DNA of 64,000 nucleotides, from positions 32,488,001-32,552,000 of the forward strand of contig NC_043006.1 in assembly GCF_006345805.1 (NCBI RefSeq). The letters are read 5' to 3'. Shown in pieces: positions 52,875 to 64,000 of the stretch (the first letter of the stretch is position 1; the number at the start of each line of letters is the position of its first letter). This DNA is from Octopus sinensis (Eukaryota). The notes beneath the pieces were generated by a model, which saw nothing but the letters and a program-made list of their open reading frames with translations, was not told where the DNA came from and made no database searches. The translations under genes and the position numbers were made by a program.

Positions 52875-54311
52875 TCAATTATGAACACTGACGTTACTCA
52901 TCCATCGGAGCATACTAGCTTCATTTCTTGCGAGCTTACGCAAATCCTCAGCAGTCACAGCCCAAGTTTCACTACCATGTAGCATGGCTCTACGTACACA
53001 TGCATCATACAGTCTGCCTTTTACTTTGAGCGAGAGGCCTTTTGTCACCAGTAGGGGTAAGAGCTCTCTATACTTTGCCCAGGCTATTCTTACTCTAGCA
53101 GTTACACTTTCAGCACACCCGCCCCCGCTACTGACTTGGTCACCTAGGTAGCGGAAGCTATCAACTACTTCTAGTTTTTCTCCCTGGAATGTGGTAGAAG
53201 TTGGTCTCTGCATATTTTCAGAGTTTATTGCTCCTGAGCATCTGCCACAGATAAAAACTATTTTCCTAGTTAGTCTTCCTTTGACATTACTACATCTCTT
53301 ATGTGTCCATAGCTTACATTTGGTGCATCTTATAGAGTTTCTACCTACGCCTTTTCTACAGATCGAGCAGGGCCATCTACCTGAAGGCGTTTGTGATTGG
53401 TCTACCTTCCTACTTATTAGGACTTTGGTTTTGGCTAGGTTGATTCTAAGGCCCTTCGATTCTAAACCTTGCTTCCATACCTGAAACTTCTCTAGTTCTG
53501 ATAGAGACTCAGCAATTAGAGCAAGGTCATCAGCATAGAGGAGCTCCCAGGGGCATCCTGTCTTGAATTCCTCCGTTATTGCCTGGAGGACAATGATAAA
53601 TAGGAGGGGACTGAGGACTGAACCTTGGTGGACCCCAACCTCTACCCTGAATTCTTCACTGTACTCGATGCCAACCCTCACCTTACTAGCAGCATCTCTG
53701 TACATGGCTTGTACAGCTCTCACTAACCATTCATCTATCCCTAGTTTCCTCATTGACCACCAGATAAGGGATAGGGGGACCCTGTCGAAGGCTTTCTCCA
53801 TATCAACAAAAGCCAGGTATAGGGGCTTGTCTTTGGCTAGGTATTTCTCCTGCAGCTGTCTTACCATGAAAATAGCATCAGTAGTACTTTTCCCTGGCAC
53901 GAACCCAAACTGCATCTGATCTAGGCTAACTCTCTCTCTAATTAGTTGGGCTATAACCCTCTCCGTAACCTTCATTACCTGATCCAGCAGCTTGATACCC
54001 CTGTAGTTATTTGTATCTAGGGCGTCACCTTTACCTTTGTAGCAGTTGACTATTATGCTGCTACACCAGTCATTGGGAATGACTCCTTCGTGTATCACCT
54101 GGTTAACTATACGGGTGACTAGGCTATAGCCGACACTACCAGATATTTTGAGCATCTCTGCAGTAATTCCTGATGGGCCTGGGGCTTTCCCTGTTTTCAT
54201 GCTTGTAATTGCCTTAACTACTAAGGAACTGTCAACTCGGATTGCTGGTTCCTCTGTTGGGTCAACATTTGGCAGACTCTCTTTATCCCATTCATTTTCC
54301 TCATTCAGCAA
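52875..54311 (-). CDS. RTE reverse transcriptase region with inserted C4HC3 (PHD) finger; continues to 52584 after one premature stop
   Basis: GKAPGPSG; NYRGIKLL; QFGF; FVDMEKAFD; GVHQGSVLSPLLF; LYADD; PHD at 53238-53369; FRYLG. Confidence 0.93.
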   Translation of the reverse strand: MLNEENEWDKESLPNVDPTEEPAIRVDSSLVVKAITSMKTGKAPGPSGITAEMLKISGSVGYSLVTRIVNQVIHEGVIPNDWCSSIIVNCYKGKGDALDTNNYRGIKLLDQVMKVTERVIAQLIRERVSLDQMQFGFVPGKSTTDAIFMVRQLQEKYLAKDKPLYLAFVDMEKAFDRVPLSLIWWSMRKLGIDEWLVRAVQAMYRDAASKVRVGIEYSEEFRVEVGVHQGSVLSPLLFIIVLQAITEEFKTGCPWELLYADDLALIAESLSELEKFQVWKQGLESKGLRINLAKTKVLISRKVDQSQTPSGRWPCSICRKGVGRNSIRCTKCKLWTHKRCSNVKGRLTRKIVFICGRCSGAINSENMQRPTSTTFQGEKLEVVDSFRYLGDQVSSGGGCAESVTARVRIAWAKYRELLPLLVTKGLSLKVKGRLYDACVRRAMLHGSETWAVTAEDLRKLARNEASMLRWMSNVSVHN

Positions 54312-54560
54312 CCTTTCATAGTGGCTTCTCCAAACCTCTCTCTTTGCATATATATGTTTCTATATATTAACGACGGGCTTCTTTCAGTCTCTGTCTGCCA
54401 AATCCACTCACAAAACTTTAGTCGACCCGAGGGCATAATAGAAGACACTTGTCGAAGTTCTCATGCAGTGGGACTGAACCTGGAACCATGCGGTTGGAAA
54501 GCAAGCTTCTTGCCACACAACCACGCCTGCGCCTATATATATACAGACATATATATATAT

Positions 54561-54594
<34 letters not shown>

Positions 54595-54603
54595 ATATAT
54601 ATA

Positions 54604-54647
<44 letters not shown>

Positions 54648-54858
54648 CCGGAGTAAACACATAAATGTGAAACAAGGTGGAAAAAAGAGTACTCAAATAC
54701 CAGTGGTAGAGTAATATGCTTTATTTAAAGCTGCAGAAAATTCAACAAAGCCTGTTACTCTGAGTTTCCCGTTGCCGTTCATCAAAAACTGTCCGATGAA
54801 CGGCAACGGGAAACTCAGAGTAACAGGTTTTGTTTAATCTCCTGCTGCTTTAAATAAA

Positions 54859-54860
<2 letters not shown>
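54648..54860. mobile_element. Foldback mini-element family HH-A, second copy
   Basis: 54648-54783 is the reverse complement of 339-474; short arm 54784-54860; in (TA)n. Confidence 0.88.
54789..54826 (+). ncRNA. Type I hammerhead motif (U4C variant)
   Basis: ctgt-CCGATGA-acg(gcaa)cgg-GAAAC-tcaga-GTA-acag; GNRA loop retained. Confidence 0.72.
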
Positions 54861-54939
<79 letters not shown>

Positions 54940-54949
54940 TATATATATA

Positions 54950-54980
<31 letters not shown>

Positions 54981-54981
54981 G

Positions 54982-55014
<33 letters not shown>

Positions 55015-55064
55015 TATATATATACATATATATATACATATATATATATATGTGTGTGTGTGTG

Positions 55065-55119
<55 letters not shown>

Positions 55120-55794
55120 TATATATTCATGCATACATATATATGCACAGATACATATACACATGCATGTAATGTACATATATGTGATAATACTAATTTT
55201 CACTGATTCGGTGAATTTCGGACTTAAACCAGAGTACGTGTCAACATACTTAAGAAGGTGGACAGGATGTGATTTTAATTCGATAATTATTGAGGAGAGG
55301 TAAACATTGCTGAAGAATGATTAATTTAACCTATAGACGACAGCGGGAACATACTGATATCGTAAAGAATGCTTATGATGAGTTGAAGCACCAGAGTTCC
55401 GTTACTGGAACATAGAACATAAGTTTAATATAGTGAGGAAGAGGGTAGTCTAATATTTAGCGGAGAAGGCTGATAATTCCAGACATGATTCAGTCTTTTT
55501 AGACCTCCTCAGTAAAGTATTCTGATTCAATCATGTGCTAGATCAATGCAGTTCTAGTTATATCATACAATATGATAAAATATCCCGTCTGAAAATAAAC
55601 AATATTTAAAATGTTGAATTATCAATCATCTCCTAGTTTCTCCTCTTTTAGCTGTTCCTCGTTGAAAGTAGAAATGTTTTTATTAAGAAATGAAATTACA
55701 CATGCAAATCAGTATTCAAAGTCCAGCATTAAAAATCATCACCTTTAGTATATATAAAGATGAGGATGGAAGGAATGTAATATCCTTACATGTT

Positions 55795-55995
55795 AAGAAA
55801 CGTTAGTATGCCGGGCGAAATGCTTAGCGGTATTTCGTCTGCCTACGTTCTGAGTTCAAATTCCCCCGAGGTCGAGTTTGCTTTTCATCCTTTTGGAGTT
55901 GATAATTTAAATACCAGTTGCTTACTGAGGTCGATCTAATCGACTGCCCCTCTCCCCCAAAATTTCGGGCCTTGTGCCTAGAATAGAAAATAATA
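55795..55995 (+). mobile_element. SINE family B (another degenerate copy at 56690-56890)
   Basis: gaaacgttagtatgccgggcgaaatgcttagcgg...ccttgtgcctagaatagaaaa. Confidence 0.9.
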
Positions 55996-58899
55996 TTCTT
56001 ACATGTCTCAAACACATGAACATATTGACATATTTTAAAGAATCCTTATTTTTCGGACATTTGGACCGGTATTTATGTGAAAATTCTCATATTTCATTTT
56101 GAAAGTTATAGTGTGTGTTGAAGTCATTTTGTCAATCTAACGTAACACTCACCCATTTTACAATGCTCTCACTGCTTAAAAAGATTAACTAGATCAACTT
56201 GCAACCATCAAAAGGAGTTTGAGGAATTTATTCATTGAAAGTAAAGTGTTTTTGCCATACATACTCAGCTCAGCGGTGTTAATTAGACACAAGCCATCGA
56301 CTTTCAGTCTATTATTCTTCATTCCATCGCCTGGATCAGCTGCGTTCTTATTAACAAATATCATACAATAAATTGGCTTTAGCTGTGAAATCTGAACCGG
56401 ATCAAGGTATCAGAATGACAAAAGTTGATCCTGCAGTGCTTTTACAACATTCAAACAAAATACCGTCCTTAAACGAACACAATTAAATAATATTGATATT
56501 TAATGAAGGGACCCCTATTTGTTTATATGTAAACTTGGTGAGGTACACAATATAAACGCAAATGATTGAAAAGATTTTCTTTTCTAGTGATCTCTGCATG
56601 ACTCACACATTAAACAGATGACTTCCTTTTAGAGCGATATTCAGAATTTGTTTATTACCAAAGAACACTGAGTGATATTACAAAGCTGAAGAAGGCGGCA
56701 AGCTTGCAGAATCGTTGCCGGACAAAGTGCTTAGCAGCATATTTAAGTTCTGAACTCAAATTTCGCCGAGACCGACTTTGTTTTCCAATCTTTCGGCGTC
56801 AATAAAATAAGTACCAGTTGAGCATTTAGCTCAATGTAATCGACTACCCCACACCCACAAATTTCAGATCTCATGTCTATTGTAGAAATGATATTACAAA
56901 GCTGAAAGATTTTCTAATGCTTACTCTAAAAACTTATTGCAGAACACTCAAAGCCAGTTTGTTAGAGCATTGGAAGATGGACCATCTATCGATCCATCCA
57001 TCGATCCATCCATCGATCCATCCATCCATCCAGTATTCCTTGAAGGATCGTGGGATTATGGTCTTCAAGCACCTCGTTGACAGGGTCCTATCGGAAGCTA
57101 TCGTTACTATACTTTGGGATGTAACCCCAAGTTTAATCAACTGAGACAAAAGATCTGCAATCATCTTCTTTTTGGTCGATCCCAGACCTCCTACCGGATG
57201 GCTTGTTTCGGAGATCAGAATAGAGTGTTTTTGTATTCTGATAAAGTTTAGTACTCTGATGATGCTGTTGATGTAGAATGTTTGTTGACATTTAGATCCA
57301 GGTCATCTGTGATTCAAGATGCCTGAGGACTACAACTCTTCAACTTTGGCCCTTTGGGTTAGAGTTATCCAGGGTTACAGTATCTAATGTAGTTTTAAAA
57401 TAAAGACTGGTATTTGAAGAAGGTTTGATTGTCAATTCCAGCTGGTTGAGCGAGTGTGTAGAAGTTCTATCATAATGTTGTTGCTGCCGTTGCATTTCTG
57501 TTGTTGTTATTGTTGTTGTTGCTGTGGTGGTTGTGGTCATGGTGGTAGTGGTGGTGGTGGTGGAGTTGTTTAGCTTAGACTAGACTTGAATGAGCAGCCC
57601 TGGGATTACAGACATTCGATTCATTACACCGTTCCACCTTTTTATTTTATGAAATCAGGTGACCTCGCATAGACTCAAATGCTTTCTCAAGTAAAGCGAT
57701 GTTTGGTCAAAAACAGATAGACAATTAGTTTTCGTGCTCTGAATACAATGCATCGATCAGTCAAACAATCGATCGAAACTTATTTCGGGCATAAATCAAT
57801 GACTTCAATACTTCAAGGCAGATATACATAGCAATGTGTTAATAGAATAATTGACTTCGGGTCGGCACTTTCTCATGATAACGACGTATGTGTCTCACGG
57901 AGAGAACTTTAGAGTGTGGAGGAATCAGCATTCCCATCCAGGTGCGTTAAGTGGTTGAAACCATTTCATTTAAAGTGCGTATTGGCTCAGGAAAAACATA
58001 AATGTTTCGATGTTTCGTCCCATTTCCTCTCTTCTATAAATATTAGCACTGTAATTTTCCATTTGCTTACGTCTGTAGGGTTAACCAGTTTATGTCGTAC
58101 ATGTTTTACAACCAGTAGTTGACGTCACAAGAACTATGAATTATTTGGGAAGCTCCTAACGGACTTATCGACTGGAAGAATTGAGAAAGGGAGTTACAAG
58201 TCAGAAGCTTGGTCTGCATGTTTGCAGAAGAGTGTAGATCCATTAAATGGAGCCAAGAGTTCAGCTGGCCGTGTTAGGACCACGGATTCAAGTGCTGTTT
58301 AACTTAGCCCAGTTTAACTCAGAGTGCTTGGTTGATGCCTGTCCGAAGTGTCATATACTTGGGAATAACATTGGATCAAGTGACAGTATTGAGAGCTTAA
58401 TAACTACACAATTACCTCCCTTAGTGCTAGCGGTATATCGCAATGATTCCCAGCATTGCATTATTTATCTTTCTCCAGCTAGGCAGGTCTTTGTGCGCAC
58501 TGAAACGAGATCAACATCTTATTACTTGCAATCGCATACTAATCGTATAGCAATCTCTTTGACGTTAAAAATCATACAGAGATTAATTTAAATAAATATT
58601 TATATATGGGTGTAATCTTATTTGATAGAATTTATTACATAGGAGCTTGAAGCTTATGAATGTGCTCATTCAGGGGGAATGTTTATTTAAAGATAAAATA
58701 GAATATAAAAATACATATGTGTGTGTGTGTAAGCACATACATATTTACACACAAAGCACGCACACAGAAACTACTACAATGTTTTATATATAAATACATA
58801 CTAAATGTATTAATTTCCTGAAATCATGCGGAATAAATACTATATTGTGTACGTATGTAGGAACACATACACATGCAAGCACAAACCAATATTGTCACA

Positions 58900-59325
<426 letters not shown>

Positions 59326-59654
59326 ATAACTTAGAATAACTTAGAAAGGTTTTTGGCCAGTATTGGCCCAGGCCATGTCTAACTTAATATATAGATATAT
59401 GTACGTATACATGCATATATATTATGTATAAATAGTAATAGCATTAATATGTATATCAATAATATTCAGATATCGTATCGCTATTAAGAGACAAGAGCAG
59501 CAGTGTGGTTGATCAATATTCTTCTGCTGTTTAATAAGTCATCTTCAAGTTTCTGCAACATCGCCGATGAATTGACTTTCCGTCATTCTGCGAGTCTACA
59601 AAATAAGTTACAGTAATATAATATTTCCTGGTCTGGTGCATATATTCTTTTCTT

Positions 59655-60045
59655 CTCTCGGCACAAGGCCCAAAATTTTTTTGGGGAGGGGGGCAGTCGA
59701 TTAGATCGACCCCATCACGTAACTGGTACTTAATTTATTGAGCCCGAAACGATGCAAGGCAAAGTCGACCACGGCGGAATTTGAACCCAGAACGTAAAGA
59801 CAGACGAAATACCTATTTCTTTACTACCCACAAGGGGCTAAACACAGAGAGGACAAACAAGGACACACAAACGGATTAAGTCGATTATATCGACCCCAGT
59901 GTTTCACTGGTACTTAATTTATCGACCCCGAAAGGATGACAGGCAAAGTCGACCTCGGCGGAATTTGAACTCAGATCGTAGCGGTAGACGTAATACCGCT
60001 AAGCATTTCGCAGGTGTATTAACGTTTTGCCAGCTCGCCACCTTG
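59655..60045 (-). mobile_element. SINE family B, long form
   Basis: Reverse complement of the 19175-19545 architecture. Confidence 0.9.
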
Positions 60046-61514
60046 ATCTGGTTTATATGTTAAAAAGCTAAATAATGTCCTCCACATATATTTCATTCCT
60101 CCATATTTTACTGCATTCCCTCCTACGCCCCCAATCATCATTCTGTTCTTAACAATTGAGTTCCAATAGGTTGAAACTGAACATTAACCTTTCCAAGTAG
60201 ATTTGGATTTCTTTCAGTTAGGGTCTGGAAATTCTACTGCACTGTCCGTGTTTAACACAGATCGAATTATTAAACGAACAAATCTATTCTATTTGAGAGG
60301 AGATAAAATTATCTGGCGTCGTTGTAGATTTTCACGTTTTAAGGAAATAAAATGTACTCCAATTTGTTAACGCATATAACACTTTTATAAGAAAGCTCAA
60401 TGACAATAAGAAGTGAATAGTCTTATTTCATAATTGGAGTTATTAAGAGAGTATACACTGAAAGAATATTTTTCTCGTTGTCTTTTTAAGCGGAATCTAT
60501 TTCATTCAGAAATGCGTTACATAATACATAGACAAAAGAAAAAGAATATGAACAATTCAAATAAGAAAATGTAGTTTATCATATGTACACACATTTTTCT
60601 ATAATATTTTAAACCATTTGTATGAGTGAGTCTGCACATAATGCAAAAGCAAATAAGAGAAACTAAAATTTACTTCTGTTCATGTCAAGTAAAGAAAGGT
60701 CTTTAGTATTTTCTATATTAATCTTCCGAAAATGACATCACGATTCTTTCTATGAATTACGATCACTAAGAAAGATGTATATATTTCGCGCGATTTGGGC
60801 TGCTATGAAGAAAATATATCTGTTTATTTAAATGGTTGCTGTGCAAAAATATGTCATTAATTGAGATGAGACCAACATATGTACCGTTTGGTTATTAAAC
60901 ACTATCACACTAACAAATATGTTGTACTTTACAGTTTATCTAGAAACATTTAATATAATATACATTTGGTTGCTCTAATGATTGACACCTAATTTCCTGT
61001 GAGTGATTTTATATTTTAAGATCGACTATAACAACTGGTTCGAAATGTTCAATATTCCAGTGCAGTTAAGCGTAAACGAAAAACAGGGAAGTAAAATTCA
61101 ATGGAAATCATAATGCAATCGTTTATTAACTGCCTTTACTGGAAGTCGCCCAATGTGGAGAATACAAAAGCTATGATTAACATGTTATTTAAAGCCTTAT
61201 CAAGCAGAACCTGGTGTAGATTGTTTGTATAACTATTTGGTTGGTGCAAAGTACAGTTGGTAAAATACAGCTTGCTAGAGCGTACTGGAAAGTATTTAAA
61301 GGATAAATTCAAGCACTCCACATTAGTTATCAACTGCGAAACATAACTGTCTTTTAAATACTGCTACTATATAAATCTGAACATTTCAGAAGGCATGAAA
61401 CTACTTGCTATATCACAGTATGTAATATTGTAAAATTGTGAAAAATACGAAAATAAAATGTAAAAATCAGGGTCTCATCGACTTATATCACTAGCTGTAC
61501 AGAAGCATAAGAAC

Positions 61515-61550
<36 letters not shown>

Positions 61551-61552
<2 letters not shown>

Positions 61553-61669
61553 CACCGTGATCACCGTGACCGACCAAGCTATCAGATGTTGCTACACATC
61601 GCTGGTCACAATGCGCTTCGCATTGTTTTAACCTTCAAATGACGCCATCCCACTGGCTAAGCGAGCGGG

Positions 61670-61672
<3 letters not shown>
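61551..61672 (-). mobile_element. GC-richer island between TA arrays, probably a SINE 3' fragment
   Basis: Compositionally distinct, with an internal hairpin; single copy in the window, so the call rests on recall of cephalopod repeats. Confidence 0.4.
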
Positions 61673-61737
<65 letters not shown>

Positions 61738-62092
61738 TGTATGTGTGTATGTATGTATGTATGTATGTATGTATGCATGCGTATTCGAGGACGATGACCA
61801 TATTAATTACACGTTACATAGACATGTGCCGTATCAGAAAATATACTAATTCCATCTAATGAAAAAGCGAATATAATTAAAACCACAGCCCTTGGACAAA
61901 TAAACTGGAATCATGAGTGTGAAACAAATCAAGATGATTGTTGTCAAAACAAAAGCAATAATATATATTTAATAGAATACAGATTATATAGAGTGGCATT
62001 TTTTTTCTTTATTACAGTGTGATTTAAATATAATTAACACAAGTATGTCTGTATGTGTGTATGTGCGTGTGTCTGCATGAATCATTCATATA

Positions 62093-62312
62093 CAGTGGGG
62101 TGAAAAAGTTGGTATACAGCAATGTTATGATACTTAGTTCATTAAAATTATTAGCACATTAAATAAGCTAGCATCATTTTTTGATATTTTCAGTGTCATT
62201 AACCATAATAACACATTTATCATAACTATAATTTCAATTTTTTTAAATAAATATTAATGGGTATTGTACGTGTTTTCTTTTTTCATAACAGTTCACCTAC
62301 TTTTGCACCACC

Positions 62313-62314
<2 letters not shown>
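62093..62314. mobile_element. Tc1-like MITE, degenerate
   Basis: TA|cagtggggtgaaaaagttggt ... acctacttttgcaccaccct are imperfect terminal inverted repeats. Confidence 0.6.
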
Positions 62315-62356
<42 letters not shown>

Positions 62357-62384
62357 ATATATATATATATAATATATATATATA

Positions 62385-62486
62385 TCATATTAAATTAGAG
62401 ATAAAACCACTATTAGGCAAATCAAACAGTGAAAATCATAAGCCATTACATAGAAATGTATTGGATTTACTCCCTAATATTATTAT

Positions 62487-62490
<4 letters not shown>
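62385..62490. mobile_element. Remnant of family HH-B
   Basis: attaaattagagataaaaccactattaggcaaatcaaa matches 584-621; ggatttactccctaatatt matches the reverse complement of 503-525; no hammerhead retained. Confidence 0.75.
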
Positions 62491-62548
<58 letters not shown>

Positions 62549-63843
62549 TCATACAAACATGAATAATTATACAGAACGTATTTTATATGGTTTATAACAC
62601 CCACGCAGTACAACCTATTCAAATGCACATAAGCTCTTTTATTCTTTCTGTCCAGAGGAAAATAGTTTCCAGGGATATTCCACGACTGGTTCTTCAAAGT
62701 TTTACAGAGAAGCCCTTCTATCCTCGGAGAAGAAAACCAGCTTCAACATTTGTTTAACTCGTTAACAATCAGATTTCTCTGTCAAATAAAATGTTTATTC
62801 ACATTGTCTTCAATAGATAATGCGTAATCTTGCAGATGAGATTTCAATATGATTATTAAATTTTACAATGACATTGTAGGATAGGTGTGAGAGGCTAGAT
62901 CTGGCTGGTTTGAACGCTAAAGCTCTAAATACATTTCAAAGCGGAACATCATTTTTTTATATTCTTCTCCGAGCGAAGAACAATGGTATCTACTGTGCTT
63001 CATTTAAAACATTATACGATTCGGAAGATTTGAATTGATAAATCTGAAATTTATTTAAACATTTTTGTATTCATTTAGTATTTTATCCAGTTACTGATTA
63101 CTACTTTGCAAGAAAAATGTCATTTCATTAAGCTTCTTTACTTGTCTTGATTTAAATGCTGGCTGACTACGATTTTTTAAAGGGGTACTTATCATTAGAA
63201 CAACAACTATAGAAGCTGTCAAGATTGCTCCTTTTAGTTTTCAATCTGCCGGGAAAATGACATGAAGTATTTCAATCTGTATACTTTCCACAATGTAGGA
63301 ATAATAAACTACAGAATACAGGATGCTTATGCAAAAGATATTTATTTATTACTTGACAATTACATTGGTAAATTAACACCGTGCTAATTAGTCAGCGTAA
63401 TTCAGGTAGTTGTCTGTTTATAGAGTTCTCTTCGTGGGCAGCTTTGGTCTCTGAAACAAAGGCGAAGTTGCTGTGAAATATATCACTATATTCATACGCG
63501 TAAAGGGAATTGCAATTTTTGCTTATATTTCTTTACCGTTCATGACTAGCAAGATTAAACGTATATGGGATTTTCTAATACACACTCTGGACATTAAATA
63601 ACCATTATTATACTAGTAAAGTAGTAAATAAAATATGCTATGTTAGTGAAATTATTAACATTTATACATTAATATTAATACGTACCATTTAGGGGAGAAC
63701 GAAGGACAGAATCAAGAGAGAAATCGAGTAAGAACGTGTTGATTCGCCAGCTTAGATGTATATATAAAATGTCGATGTATGTATGTATGTATGTATATAT
63801 ATATACATACATACAAGTATGTATTTATACAAGTATGTATATA

Positions 63844-63875
<32 letters not shown>

Positions 63876-63919
63876 AGTATATATGTATGTATATATATAT
63901 ATAAGTTTATACAAGTATG

Positions 63920-63964
<45 letters not shown>

Positions 63965-63965
63965 A

Positions 63966-63998
<33 letters not shown>

Positions 63999-64000
63999 AT

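Larger units (their letters stand above)
51881..54347 (-). mobile_element. RTE-clade LINE, 5'-truncated, ~2.45 kb, with (ATG)n tail
   Basis: RT ORF, RTE-type C-terminus (RRLRWYGHVMR...GRGRPRKTW), 3' UTR with tandem repeats, tail (TCA)n on + at 51881-51902. Confidence 0.95.

Noticed and set aside
59560-59600. CCGATGA followed by a small hairpin
   Set aside because: No GAAA or stem III downstream.

Overview
AT-rich, microsatellite-saturated eukaryotic DNA. The SINE families and (TA)/(CA)/(ATT)/(TATG)/(TATC) arrays look like an Octopus genome; this is recognition from memory, not a database hit. No intact cellular gene can be supported, and almost all track ORFs are microsatellite translations or transposon debris. 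The window holds about 30 copies of four tRNA-derived SINE families, a near-intact 5'-truncated RTE LINE with an embedded PHD finger, a CR1-group LINE fragment, several restriction-like-endonuclease (R4/Dong-type) LINE pieces sitting in microsatellites, two mariner fragments, a Tc1-like fragment, MITEs and a decayed Penelope-like element (RT + GIY-YIG). The main discovery is a set of at least six unrelated short non-coding elements, each carrying a type I hammerhead ribozyme motif with a palindromic or near-palindromic stem III: 247-474 with a sister copy at 54648-54860, 494-858, 26640-26815, 31549-32455, 38172-38460 and 38480-39377, plus a weaker variant at 5750-5788. Several are foldbacks with a hammerhead on each strand, one is a 347-nt retrozyme-like tandem unit, one has an 89-nt stem II, and several have non-canonical cores (C instead of U4; unpaired 10.1-11.1). 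All folds were derived by eye and cleavage activity is untested.
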